Part shown: piece by piece, positions 37,687 to 51,448 of the stretch
Position numbering within the stretch: the first letter of the stretch is position 1
How the letters are laid out: every line of letters begins with the position of its first letter
Assembly: GCA_051362555.1 (NCBI GenBank)
Contig: CM120640.1
Coordinates: 21,824,001 to 21,888,000 of the forward strand
DNA length: 64,000 nt
Reading direction: 5' to 3'
Source: Lingula anatina
Taxonomy: Eukaryota > Animalia > Brachiopoda
Notes under the pieces: generated by a model
What the model saw: only the letters and a program-made list of their open reading frames with translations
What the model was told of the DNA's origin: nothing
The model's database searches: none
Program-made: the position numbers and the translations under genes

Positions 37687-38689
37687 ATCAGTGGAAAACA
37701 GGACGTGGGCGCGCAAATTTCTGTAATGTCAGGGAGAGTGTATTGCGTGCATTTAGGTTAGCCACCAGTTTTTAGTTATATTGACCTACTATCTCTTGCT
37801 GCAGGGAATTGGAAATTTGGAAATACAGGTTTGCGACAAAATTTAGTGGTGAGATTAACTCTCGTACATGTAGTACCAATGACGGTTAAAAATTGAATGC
37901 ATATGTTCAGTGCAACTAAAGTTTTCTGCAAATTGACGAAAAAGATAAAGCGGGACAAAGGATTCGCAGATCAAAGAAATAAGAGTTGCACCAGTACGTA
38001 TAAAAAAGGAAAGAAAAGAACAGTGGTAACCCCAAAAATCGGAACATGATTCCATGCGAAATCGATAAAATGGCTGAAAGGTAGTCATGGAAAGAAAACG
38101 AGTAAAATGGGGTCACTGATTCGGAGAATGGTGCTGTCCGAAAATTCCGCTCAATAAAGAAAACTTCGTGCGATAAAGTCATGTGGTAGCTACAGTAGCA
38201 AATGACATTTTGGAAACATCTAAATTTGATTGGTATTAACTTAGGGGGTGGATTGTAAAGTTAAAAAAATAATAATAATAAAAACCTGTGCCTGCATTGT
38301 CAGTTACAAAGCTGATGAGACAACATGTACCGATGTATATCGAATCTTAAAATACGCTTGTGGGATAAAACATACTAGTGGAGGTTTTCATTCACCCTCC
38401 TATAAGTATAACTGGTAACATCCCTATAACAAGTGTACACCCGAACCAAAACCTAACTTGTGGGATTAAATTCTGCAGGGGTTTCAAGTGTTAATTCCCC
38501 TAATTTCGAGAATATCCCTAGAACAAGTAACCGATTGAAAAGGACTAAATGTCACAGACTCTGAAGGTGGGTGGAAGCACTAAGGGCCCTTCAAGTGCCC
38601 CATTCACTGGAAGACGTTTGTAAAACTAAAAATTAACACAAAACTACCGGTAGTATAACATCTTTCAAGACTCCAAACATCGGGAGTCC

Positions 38690-39165
38690 AAATTTAAATA
38701 AAACCGCTGGTGAAGTTCACATCGGGCTAGACTCTTCGGGTTGCGTGTCTCTAGTAAAACAGGTTATCCCTGGACATCTGGAAGTGATGTTTAAAGTATC
38801 TAAAGGGAATAGTGTAGAATCAAATTTAGAAGGGGTGTTTTCTAAATTGAAATATGTTTTTACTAGAGACAATTTTGATCTTGGTCGGTCTTAAGTCACT
38901 CAACGTGGAAATGATGCCGGGAATGCGAAATTTAAATAAAACCGCTGGTGAAGTTCACATCGGGCTAGACTCTTCGGGTTGCGTGTCTCTAGTAAAACAG
39001 GTTATCCCTGGACATCTGGAAGTGATGTTTAAAGTATCTAAAGGGAATAGTGTAGAATCAAATTTAGAAGGGGTGTTTTCTAAATTGAAATATGTTTTTA
39101 CTAGAGACAATTTTGATCTTGGTCGGTCTTAAGTCACTCAACGTGGAAATGAAGCCGGGAATGCC
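38690..39165 (+). repeat. Tandem duplication, 2 x 238 bp, of a pol remnant
   Basis: Near-identical units starting 38691 and 38929; encode KYVFTRDNFDLGR, resembling the pre-RT segment of Gypsy pol. Confidence 0.9.
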
Positions 39166-41316
39166 GAATCCCTTAAATCGCTTATGCGGTGGATGCTTGC
39201 GTGTGTCATGCAGAAAGCATAGGGGGCATTGTTAACGGAATGTTAACAACCGGATTCATACAAGGCTGACAAGAGTCAGTCTGTGTGGACATTAGCACCG
39301 GTGTTGAATAAGTAAACGTGACGTCACGGTGAAAAATTTCCAATAGGGAAAATTTAAAATATTGCTAGCAATTTCCTTAAAGAATTAGACTATCACTTTG
39401 TGATGTAGTTTATTTTTGTGTTTAAGAAAAATGGCTACAGTCTATTAAGATCAATCAATGGACTATAACTGTTATGTAGCTTATTTCTGTGTTAACACAT
39501 GACTACAGTCCATATGACTATCACTCTGTGATGTAGTTTATTTTGTGTTAATAAATCGCTACAGTCTATTGTGATCAATGGACTATAACTGTTATGTAGC
39601 TTATTTTTGTGTTAACACGTGACTACAGTCTAATTTGATGAAATTTTGAAAAACCGGGATCTTATTTTTGCATTCCATTTCTCTTTTTATTTATTTATGA
39701 GAATTTTTGGAACGGACTATCACTATATTTTTGGTGATGTGACTGGCTGGTGAATGAACAGCCTATCACAGTCTGTTCTACTGTTTATTTATTTTTTGTA
39801 TTTTTTTTCGGCGGACTATCACCTCAGTGATGTTGTTAGCACTAACAGCTAATGACAGTCTGTACGAATATTTCAACTGGAATCCACTTTATTTTATTTA
39901 TCGAAAGGAATTTTGAGTTTGTACATGGACAAACATGTATTTATAAGTAGCTCCTTTCAAATAAAAGTGGGGGGAATGTTGTGTTCGTGCATTTTCCTAC
40001 CTTCACCCGGTGTGCTCTCCCTGCGCGGAGAGCGCGCAATTACGGTAAGTACTGCGCAAACCAGGTGGAGAGTCCAACTTCCTTGCCTGATCCCGGTGAG
40101 TACAACTCAACCACAGCTACCGTGCAGACGTGTACGGTACGGACGACCAAAAAATAATCAGAATTGAGACACAATACACAGTGATCTACAATCTCACTTC
40201 GTAAGTAGAACCATTGAATACTTTAGCGCGTCATGAAAGTGATCGTCGGTGAGGGAAATAAATAGATAGAAATTATGTACTGTCGTCTGTTTGAATCTCA
40301 AGTTATGTTAGCACATATTGTACACAGCAAAATAAAATTTCAAAAGGAGGATAAAACGTGCTTGAAACACGTGTTAGGTGAAAATTGCGGCTTATCTTGC
40401 GTTACACTTCCGGTAAAATGCAATACTTCCGGTAAGATGGACGTTTTGGCAGATGCCCCTAACAATCCGACGATATCAAAGATTTCCATTGCTATATTTT
40501 AATCAATTCGACCAAACTGACATTTTCATGAAATTAATTAATTAATCTTGGTCGAATTGTTTGGCATATTACCGTAGTTCAAATACTGTGACGGAAGCTG
40601 TACTAGGCGAATGCGGAAGGTATCCATTGTATACCAATTATATGGTAAATAGCATTAAATATTGGTTAAAGCTTGGACCTAAATAGAGAAGGACAAGTAA
40701 CGCGGAGAAAGATCAAAGGATAATCGGCTTAGCGCGAGCTCTTCGCGAAACGATGTGCGTTCGGATCACGTGACCTCCCGTACAGGTAGCGAGCATATCG
40801 CGGCTGTTGATGACTTTGTGTCATTTGGACAGGTAGCTGGTGATAACGCGAGGAAAACGTTCGGGTGGATGAGTCAAGACACTTATAGAGATAAAATGTA
40901 AGTACAATCCCTTTTGCTATTTTGGATGCTAGATGAGAATAAGGTATGTTTGTTCATGGAGGAATTCAAAATGCCCAATATGGTGAAGGCAATCGTGTTT
41001 GATGCCGAAAAATGAGTGTTTAAAATTGTACAACTGCGGTGTCGAATACTTGTCTTTAGCTATGATCCGATAGAAAAATATTTCTAGTCTCGAAATTTTA
41101 CCTCTATGTAAAGAATAAGCCTTAGATGCGGCAATAATTTAACCTCAAATCGTGTTTTGAATTAAAATGACGCAATTCCTCTCCGATTTATTCGACTCGC
41201 CAACATCGTTTTAGGTCTGGTATTTTTTACGTACGGTTTAGATAAAGGTGGCATCAACACCGCTGTGTACTATATGTATAGGTTTATGTTACTTGCTTAA
41301 GTGGGCCCAAATTATG

Positions 41317-42075
41317 GAATGATAATTAATATTTTAAACTCTTAATATGGGCTCTCGTTGCAACATGGCACCACACATGCAATTGTGACACACAAAAACG
41401 CACCTGTGATCCTTTTAAAACCCTTTATCAAAGTTGACATTAACACTGCTCTGAAGTATATATATATTTACACATTACCGGCTACAGTCTGAGAATGATA
41501 ATTTTTATTTTTATAACTCTCAATATGGGCTATCATTGCAATATGGCACCACACATGCAATTATGACACACAAAAACGCACCTGTGATCCTTTTAATATC
41601 CTTTTATCAAAGTTGACATTAACACTGCTCTAAAGTATATATATATTTACACATTACCGGCTACAGTCAGCTCTGGTCTGAAAATGATAATTATTATTTT
41701 TTTGACTCTCAATATGGGCTATCATAGCAATATGACACCACACATGCAATTGTTACACACAAAAACGCAACTGTGATTCTTTAAATATCCTTTTATCAAA
41801 GTTGACATTAACACTGCTCGAAAGTATATATATATACTTACACATTACCGGCTCCAGTCACCTCCAGTCTGAGAATGATAATTATTATTTTTTAACTCTT
41901 AATATGGGCTATCATTGCAATATGGCACCACCCATGCAATTGTGACACACAAAAACGCACCTGTGGGCCTTTTAATATCCTTTAATCAAAGTTGACATTA
42001 ACTCTACTCTGAAGTATATATGTATATTCACATGACCGGCTAAAGTCTGCTCCAGTTTGAGAATAATAATTATTA
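41317..42075. repeat. Tandem repeat, 4 units of ~176-191 bp
   Basis: Units start ~41317, 41493, 41682, 41873 sharing ATGGCACCACACATGCAATTGTGACACACAAAAACGCACCTGTG. Confidence 0.9.
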
Positions 42076-42827
42076 GTTTTTCATTTTTAAATTGGATTCC
42101 CTAAACAGAATAAAGACGATTGACAAAAACCCTCATTGGTCTTATTGACCCATTAGAGCTTGCGTCATCAAAACAAACGGCAGCCATACTGGAGGGAGAC
42201 CGAAATCGTCTGCTGCGCATGAACAAGCCATGTCTGTAGTTCAGTTTTCTTTTTCTGTATTTTCTTTTATATTTAATTTATATTTTATATTTATTATAGC
42301 AAAATGATGAATTACTGCAGGGTATTTGATCGAGAGAAGATAACTAACTTTACAAGCGTTCAAAGACTGCCTGCAGTGGCAACAATCCATGGTGAAGGAA
42401 CTAAAACCATAAACGGAGGAAAGACGGCGAGGTGGCTTTGAATCAAGACTCTTCGGAAGAGTAAAGGACAAAACTAATTTATTTTATAGCAAAGAATGAA
42501 GAGCCGAGGAGCCGAGGAGATCACGTGACATGTGTACGCTATAGACACTAGTGTAAACGCTCTGCTGTTTTCTGTAGATGAAATCTCTCCTTTGACACTG
42601 ATCGAAATAACAAAGTTACAGGTGGACTATAAAGGTACACTGTATCAGGTAACGCACTTCATTATAGAAAAAACGCTCATTATAACGCGAAGATTTGGAT
42701 TTTTTCATTTGAACTATAGGCCTATAGGCCTATCTATACGTACAGAAAGAAACTGTCAAATTTGAGAAGTGCTCAACGTTACGCAATCGGAAGCTATAGT
42801 TCCTTTGTTACCCGAACAATAGACACA

Positions 42828-43763
42828 ATGGCATCTAATAACCCCAGCGAAAACGAACAAAGCGGACAAAGGACCTCAGACAAAGTCCCGAAGAAAATGC
42901 TGCAACTACAGATCAACTCGACTCCCGCATATATACGGCACAGCAATGCCAGTGGGAAAAGACCACAAAAGAAGAAAAGAACAAGATCAAACAGCATGGA
43001 CTTAACAGAAAACATTACGGTAGACGAACTACGATCCATCCAAGCTACTCTAGCAGAGATTAAAAGTGAAATGATAAGAAAATCTGACGTTAAGGAAATC
43101 ATTGCCCAAATGAAACATGAAATCAAGCAGGAGGTGAAGGAGGATATTAAACAAGAAATGCAACAATACTTGACTGATAGACTCAGCCTCCTGAGCGAGA
43201 AAATAGATGCCCTATATCTGGAAAACGAATCCCTGCTTGAGAAACTTTCCAAACAAATCAGTGACACAAGGAAGTCTCTTGACAACCTAAAAGAAACCAG
43301 CCATTTGGCGAAAACAGCTGTGAAAATGGCAAACCACAACCAGCAGTATTCGCAGAAAAACAACATTAAGTTTTTAAACTGGCCGGAAAAACCAAAAGAA
43401 GACCTGAGGAGAGACCTCTGCCGCATCCTGAAGGAAAAGGTGAATGTGGACATAAGCCCCGCCTCAATTCTGGGAATCCACAGAATACCAGGAAACAGCG
43501 GTGGCGCAAGACCCGTTATAGCCAAATTCGTTAACACCGAGGAAAAAACGAAAGTTATCAAGCATAGACAAGCACTGAAAGGTAACTTTATAATGTTCGA
43601 TCACATTACTCAGAAAAATGCTGAGTTGATCAAAATTCTAAAAGGTAAAGAAGCTGTGCATTCAGCCTGGTACTTCAGTGGCAGAATATTTGCCATAAGA
43701 AATGACGGTCGCCGATATACATTCGACATATTCGACGATATCGACACCAAATTAAAACAATAA
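42828..43763 (+). CDS. L1/Tx1 ORF1 (coiled coil + RRM-like)
   Basis: QQYSQKNNIKF..., IHRIPG...RPVIAKF, FDHIT, AWYFSGRIF. Confidence 0.88.
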   Translation: MASNNPSENEQSGQRTSDKVPKKMLQLQINSTPAYIRHSNASGKRPQKKKRTRSNSMDLTENITVDELRSIQATLAEIKSEMIRKSDVKEIIAQMKHEIKQEVKEDIKQEMQQYLTDRLSLLSEKIDALYLENESLLEKLSKQISDTRKSLDNLKETSHLAKTAVKMANHNQQYSQKNNIKFLNWPEKPKEDLRRDLCRILKEKVNVDISPASILGIHRIPGNSGGARPVIAKFVNTEEKTKVIKHRQALKGNFIMFDHITQKNAELIKILKGKEAVHSAWYFSGRIFAIRNDGRRYTFDIFDDIDTKLKQ

Positions 43764-44202
43764 GCCTGAAAATGAACTTTATACGGACACTGGAATTTTG
43801 GAGAATAAAAATCAATGTAAAACTGAAAGTAGTTATAAACAGCAGAGCGGTAACTGTTAGCTAGCCGCTCTAGCATCAAATTATTATTATCATTATTATT
43901 ATCATTATTTTTTTTAATTACTAGTTATTAGTACTATCCTGTGTATGTGTGTGTTTTCGATAGTTTGTCTTGGTGTGTATGTCAATTCTGGTAGAATGGG
44001 TACAAGTGGTCTATTGTATGCGTGGGTGGATGGAAGTGAATTTGATAATGCATTATATAGTATAACCGATATATATGTAGATAAGTTATCCCTATTAGTT
44101 TGCAACAACGAAACACTTAGATTTGATACCTCAGTACGATTGCTTTACCTACACTTAGAATATGACTGTGCGATGTAAATTTATTTTCTGTCGTATATAC
44201 AT

Positions 44203-47200
44203 ATGCGGCAGAAACCTGGTAGATATACACAGATCAAATCAAATATTAAAATATGCTCAGTAAATTGTAGGGGCCTTGGGGACCGAAATAAGCGGTTAGA
44301 TGTGTTCAATTTCTTGCGGAAGAAATCCTTTTCCATCTACTGTTTACAAGATACTCATAGTACATTATCTATGGAAAAATATATAGCAGCTGAATGGGGT
44401 TTAAATGCTTTTTCAGTCATGGAACCTCTAATTCAAGAGGAGTTGCAATATTGGTTAACAATAATTTTGAATATAAAATTAAGGAGGTTGAGAAAGACAC
44501 TGGCGGAAACTTTATTGCTCTTAGTATGACAGTAGATGAAAAAGACATTTCACTCATAAATCTGTATGGTCCCAATAATGATTCACCTGAATTTTTCTTA
44601 AAAATACACGAGACAATAATGAATTTTGGAAATCAGGATCATATTATCTGTGGGGACTTTAACTTAGTATTAAACCAAGAGAAGGACACATATAACTATA
44701 AACATAAAAATAACCCCAAGGCCTCTAATCAACTTTATACCTTGATGGAATTACATAACTGGCACGACATATGGAGGGAAATGCATGAGGATGTTAGACA
44801 GTATACATGGCGGCAGCCTACGCCTTTTAAACAGGCAAGGTTAGATTATTTTATTGTTTCCACAACCATTACAAATTATATCGAAGATAGTCAGATTATT
44901 CCAGGTTATAAGAGCGACCACTCCATTATAACTCTGGACTTACAGTTAAAAAGGAAAATTAAACACGGAAAAGGTTTTTGGAAATTCAATAACTCCCACT
45001 TATATGAAAGTGAGTATGCCGATATGGTAAAGCAGATAATCAATGAAGCTATCTTAGAGTATGCAGCAGCGCCCTATAATAGAGATAACATACTGAATAT
45101 TGACAGACATTCTTTACAGTTAACTATAAGCGATGGGCTATTTCTTGAAACTCTCTTAATGAAAATTAGGGGGAAAACGATTGTTTTTGGTGCTAGGATA
45201 AAAAAGAAAAGAGAGTCAGAGGAAAAACAAGTGGAAAATACTATAAACGACCTAGAGAATGATCTTAAAAATGAGGCCGAATTAGACAAAAAAGAAGAAA
45301 TTCTTGATATGATAAATAAGGAAAAGATGAAACTGGAAAATATAAGAAAAATAAAAGTAAAAGGCATAATGATAAGATCAAAAGAAAGATGGATAGAATA
45401 CGGAGAAAAACCATCAAAATACTTTTTAGCACTGGAAAATCGCAATTTTACAAATAAGTCAATAACTAAACTGGTAACAGATAACGGAAATACTCTTACT
45501 GAACAAAATGAGATTCTCAAAGAAACCGCACGCTTCTACGAAAATTTATTTAAGAAACAAAATCACAAATCAGTAGACATAAAAACTCGATTGGAAAATA
45601 TTGAAACTCCAAAATTGACCGAAGTCGAGGCATCCTCGCTCGAAGGAAAGATAAACTACGCTGAACTCTATACAGTATTAAGACAAACGAAAAATGAAAA
45701 GAGCCCAGGTACCGATGGGTTTACTAACGAATTTTTCAAATTCTTTTGGAAAGTACTGAATAGTTTTTTAATAAGATGTATAAACGAGGCATACGAAAAA
45801 GACAAACTACCTATAACTCTTACCCGGGGTATAATCGTCCTTCTACCTAAACATAATAAGCCTACCAACTCGTTAAAAAACCTAAGACCAATATCACTAC
45901 TTAATGTTGTGTATAAACTCGCCTCGGCATGTATAACGAATCGAATAAAGAAAGTATTACCAATATTAATAAATGAAGACCAAAATGGGTTTATGGCGGG
46001 CAGATACATAGGTGAGAATACACGGACCATTTTCGACTTAATTGAATACTGTGACGCACATGAAATACCAGGTCTGTTGATGCAAATCGATTTTGCTAAG
46101 GCTTTCGATTCAATCGACTGGGGTTTTATCGAAAAAACCTTTGAATTCTTTGGCTTTGGAGAATCTATCATAAAATGGATAAAACTCTTCCTTAAAGACT
46201 CCTCTTCGTGTATCTTGGTTAATGGTTTTGCCTCTTCTTTCTTCAATCTTTCTCGGGGTTGCCGTCAGGGGGATCCCATCTCCCCTTACCTTTTCATTCT
46301 TTGTGCTGAGATACTAAGTATCATGTTAAAAAATGAAATAGACATAAAAGGCATTACAATACATAATCAAACTTTTCTCATCTCCCAGTATGCTGATGAC
46401 ACAACTTTTGTGTTGGATGGGACTGAAAAAAGTTTAAGAAATACCCTAAAGGTTCTAAATGAATTCTCCCAATTTTCTGGACTACAAATGAACAATCAAA
46501 AAACTAAATTAAACTGGTTCGGAAGCAAGAAAGACTCACAAGAGAGCATGTGTAAAGAGTTGAATCTCGATTGGAATGAACGTTTTTTCAGAATCCTTGG
46601 AATAGATTTCTCAGTAAATTTACATGAAATGATTGAGAAAAATTATAGAGAGAAACTCGAAGATATGGAAAGAATTATGAAACAATGGACTCACCGATCG
46701 CTAACAGTTTTGGGGAGAAATGTAATTTTTAAATCACTGATCCTTCCAAAAATGACTCATTTATTTTCCACATTGCCAATACCAAACAAATATGTAGACA
46801 AAATACAAAAAATGTGCTTTAATTTCATATGGAATGGAAATATTGAAAGAGTAAAACGAGATATAATGACACAGTCGTACTCAAATGGAGGTATAAAAGT
46901 CCCCGATATTAGAAACTATATTGATTCCCTAAAAATTTCATGGCTCAGGAGAATCATGCACAAAAATTCAAAATGGTCTTTCTTTTTCCTTAGTCTGATC
47001 CCTGAAAGTAAGGGTGTACACTGGTCTGAAATGGGAATGTCTGAAATGCAAAAAATTAAGAACGGATCAAAAAATGCTTTTTGGAATCAGGTCATTGATG
47101 CATGGTGCAGACTGTTAAAGAATAAAAAGATTGATACAAAAGAAAATTTTTTAAAAGAATGTTTATGGCTAAATGATAAAATAAGGATAAAAAACAATCC

Positions 47201-48059
47201 TATTCTTATAAGAACCTGTAATAAAATAGGTATAAGAAACATAAATGACTTGATCGATACACAGGGAAATTACCTCACATACCAACAGTTCAAGGAAAGG
47301 CACGGGAATATAATAAATTATGTTACGTTCACAAGTATACTATGCGCAGTAAAAAAATTTCAAAAACAAATGAATATAGACAATTTACACGAAAAAATTG
47401 AGCTCCCTATAATTTCAACCCAACTTAAATGGCTATTAAAATTTACAAAAGGGGGGAAACCTTTTTACAATATTTTGAACTCAAACGAAATGAAAAAGAC
47501 TAATGCAATGTCAAAATGGGAACTCCTTTCTAAAGAACCTTTCACAGCTGAAGAGTGGAAAATTTTGAATAACATTCCTTTCCAATGTACTTTTGATACT
47601 AAACTGCGCTGGTTTCAATTTAGAGTATCAAAAAGAATTTTAGCTACAAATAATTTTTTACGAAAAATTGGGATAAAAGACACAGAGACCTGCTCCTTCT
47701 GTAACGAACACCCTAAAACTCTTCAACACTTATTTATTGAGTGCAAAGTAATTGCTCCCCTTTGGGCAAAAATACAAGACTGGATCCATTTAAAGACTGG
47801 ACTTGTATTACAATTAACAGCATCTGATATAATTCTAGGAATTCCAAATTTGAAATGCAATGCGCTCAACAGTTTGCTGATCATAACAAAATTTATTATA
47901 TATAAATTTAAAATGAAAAACATTACCCCGAACATAGAAAATATTAAAATAGAATGGAGACAGGCCTACATCGCAGAGAGAAATTTAAGTCTGAGAAACA
48001 TGACAATAGATAAATTTAATGAAAAATGGAAAAAGCTGCAGCCTCTCTTCCTGGACTGA
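44203..48059 (+). CDS. L1/Tx1 ORF2 (APE endonuclease, RT, C-terminal zinc finger), single frameshift at ~44396-44402
   Basis: SVNCRGL, LQDTH, GDFN, RLDY, SDH; KSPGTDG, RPISLLN, IDFAKAFD, RQGDPISP, YADD; CSFC...HLFIEC. Confidence 0.93.
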
Positions 48060-49032
48060 TATCTTCTATCTGCGTATGTTCCCCTGCCGATATTTTGATA
48101 GTAAAACACATATTTGTTTTTATCTGTATTAGATCATATTATTTATTAAGTATTATTAAGTATTTTACTATAAGGTTATCAATACATCGTTGTTGACATA
48201 TATATTAAATGACACAGTAACTATATATATATATATATATTGCAAATGACTGAGTGTCTCTTTGTGAGTGAGTGAGTGAGAGAGTGAGTGTGATTTTTAT
48301 TTAGTTATTTATAAATTTTGTATTTTTTGTTGAGATCTGTACTTATTTGAGATATGCAATAAAAAAAAAAAAAAAAAAAAAAAGAATGAAGAGCCAGCTG
48401 TGCAGATTTTACCATAAAAGAAAAAAAAACAGTAGAAAACCAAAGACCTAGGTGTGTACGTTTGGGGCGCACGTACACTGCATATATATTTAAGGTAGTG
48501 CCCAAAAAGTTTTGGTGGAGAGTGTTAATTTGTTAAAACGTGTGGAAATACCCAGGCAGGGTTTCGACTTTTATAATGAAGACTCACCTATTGCCTTGGG
48601 TGTAATTTGTTATCAGTTACGGTGCTCTCTAGATTTTATCGGCTGTCACCTACCTTTTGAATACCTGGTTAGCATTATTGCCAATTAGTGTCAAGGCTAT
48701 ATTTGTACTGTACAGTACACAGCTGAGCTGGGCCAATTAAATCAATTACCTGTATGAAGTGTATTTGGAAGTTAGTGGCTTTATTTTCGATTTGGTGTAG
48801 TGATAAGAGTAATTTTATTTTGCAAGTAAATTCTACCTCAGGTGTAATTGACATATAACCTCATGAAATGAATTTGCACTTTCCTCTGTAAAAATGTTAA
48901 ATTCTGCTCCTTTCAACTGTAATGTTGTAAGTTACAATATGAATAAAAATCACTATTGTTATCTTTCTATTAATTTACGTTAAGGAAATTGATCAGGCAT
49001 TTCTCACCAAGCCACATTGATTGGGTGCAAGT

Positions 49033-49085
<53 letters not shown>

Positions 49086-51448
49086 GAAGCTTTTCATGAA
49101 AGGTACAAAAGGCAGCTACATGTAGATGACACACAAGGTAGAAGCAGCAAAAAATATTCCTAGATCTTTGTGACCAGCTGAGGAGACAGGATCTGAACAT
49201 CAGAAGAGTGAAATCCAGTGCATGACAGGAGTTATTTAATTGAAGCGACACTCAGAACTCAGCATTTCATGTTCACTTTATTCATACAAAATGTGCACTT
49301 TTCCTATATGTTTAAGCAAATGGTTGCAGAAATGAAGATCAATTCATGAACTGAATTATTGTTATTTTACATTGGACATCATAAATACATAAGTGTGAAA
49401 AATGCCTTGCTTCTGTGAATGACTGAATAATAAAATCCTAACAATGTTGCTTATATGAATGGTTGCATTCATGGTGAATATTAAACTCTCTCAAACAACA
49501 GTCTTGTTACATGTACTTTCTAATGAACCAATATGAAGTACAAGAATGCTGAAATAATTTCTAACAGCTTCACGATGTAGAGATAAGTCATAACTGACAG
49601 CAATATTTCATGTCATAAGACAATCACACATTCTTCCTTGAGTCCACAAGGGTTTATCCTGATGATCAGCTCAAATTTCTCCTTATATCTATCCTTTATG
49701 AAAAAGTTGCTTCTATGTAAGGTTAAACTTATGTTTACACATTAAACTCTCTCAAACTATAACTGTTATTACCCAATGAACAAGAAAAATGAAGTACAAG
49801 ATAACTGAACTATCTTCTGACAACACGATGTTGGGTAAGTACCGGTAGCATTTAGTAGGATTTCACGTTTTTAGACTGTCTTGAGTTCATATCGGTCGAT
49901 CCCGCTGATCAGCTGAAGCTTCAGCTTGTATATATCCTTTTCCCTTTGGTGTACTTGATCGCGATATGAAGTTAATTTTATTTTATTTTATTTGGTTCAC
50001 CTATATTACCGCTACTATTCCCCGTCGTTCATTCCCTCCAGCATGGCCGCGGGACTAGTGTTACGGAGCAAATATGACGTCACTGTAATGGGTTAATAGT
50101 GAAAGTGTATATGTGGACATGTACGCATGCAAAGTTCATGATTATATTTACTCGGGTAATGGTCATAAAAGTAGATCTTGATCACATTTGTGATAAGAGT
50201 CTCACCTCTGTAATTGCCTTGCTACATTGCATTATCTTGTTATCAGGTGCTTGAAATCTTTGAAATAATCCTGAGACATGCCTTTGGATAGCACCTAGCT
50301 GGCTTTATCAAATCATCAAAGGGCCAGACGGCTTAGTTACCTGGCTGATAATGATCTAGAAAGTCCGTGCCTAAAAAAGGGAAGTAAATTTAACTAGAGG
50401 GAAAATCTACCTGACAGGTAGAATCTTGAGATGCATTTGATAAGGCTTACCTGTGGCTCAAATGTCCAAGTAGAAGTAAAAAAGGCAATTGTCATTTATA
50501 GTAGTTTGTGATAAAAACATTCTTATTCTCTTCCAGATTCTCTCCACAAGATGCCGGAAAGTTAAAATTGGACAATGCACCATTGCCCAAGAGGAGACTC
50601 ACTAATTAAACATTTGGACAGTAATTGACATAGGTCAATGAGAAATTAGTTTATACCTTTTATAAATAAGTTAATACTACTTGGATACAAATAGGAAAGA
50701 ACTCCAACATGACTTTCACAAAAAGAGACTAGAAAACTGCACATGTATTGTATATTCATCATCACTAGCTTTGTAACAAGCATTTTAAAATTTTAATGTT
50801 TACTTTTTTAATAATAAATATTGGAATGTACTCAAGTTGTTTTATATTTCCTATCTTATAATGAAAAAAAATCAAATGTAAAAAACATGGATTATATGTT
50901 AAGACAGTTTTTTCTTGCTTGATTGAAATTGCATATTCAATTACCTCAGAATACACTAACTACAGGTTTAAAAAATCTGATCCTGATAAAATACATACTC
51001 ACATTTGACATTGACCCTCTTGCAGTGATATGCGTCTTATTTGTCAAATCTTTTATTATTTAAAGTTGTGTAAAAAAAAAAGGAAGTGAAAAGAAATAAA
51101 AAGAAGATTTTTTATATCAAATATATGCATTTTTTATTACCATAAGATCAGTATTGGTGAAATTAATCTCATATTGTAAACGGGTAACTTTTAATGAAAA
51201 ATAAAACGAAATATAAATGAATATAAATGAAAGATAGTTGCTGACTGAAAAAAAAATATTATAAATACTTATAATAAGTTCTTGAATTATGACTGCTTTT
51301 CAGTTACTGAAAACAGAAAGCCATATTTTGGTACCTGGTGTATTATTTTCTACCAAACTAATACGACAAATCTGACTGGCCCCTAATGGTAATATATAAT
51401 TTCACAAACATGCCAAAAAGGTCCATTTTTAATTTGTCTGATTCACCA

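Larger units (their letters stand above)
34786..40225 (+). mobile_element. Non-autonomous Gypsy-like LTR element (HhH + Gag, no intact pol)
   Basis: 249-bp LTRs 34786-35034 and 39977-40225 (TG..TA), TSD GCGC, PBS TGGCGACAAGG at 35036, PPT AAAAGTGGGGGGAA. Confidence 0.9.
42506..48380 (+). mobile_element. Full-length L1/Tx1-clade non-LTR retrotransposon
   Basis: 15-bp TSD AAAGAATGAAGAGCC (42491-42505, 48381-48395), AATAAA running into poly(A), ORF1 + ORF2. Confidence 0.95.
42146..50095 (+). mobile_element. Non-autonomous ISL2EU derivative, copy 2 (hosts the L1/Tx1)
   Basis: AT|TGACCCATTAG...CTGTAATGGGTTA|AT; collinear with copy 1 once 42506-48395 is removed. Confidence 0.8.

Noticed and set aside
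42794-46246. Long minus-strand ORFs (255, 148, 192 aa)
   Set aside because: Antisense shadows of L1 ORF1/ORF2 with no recognisable motifs
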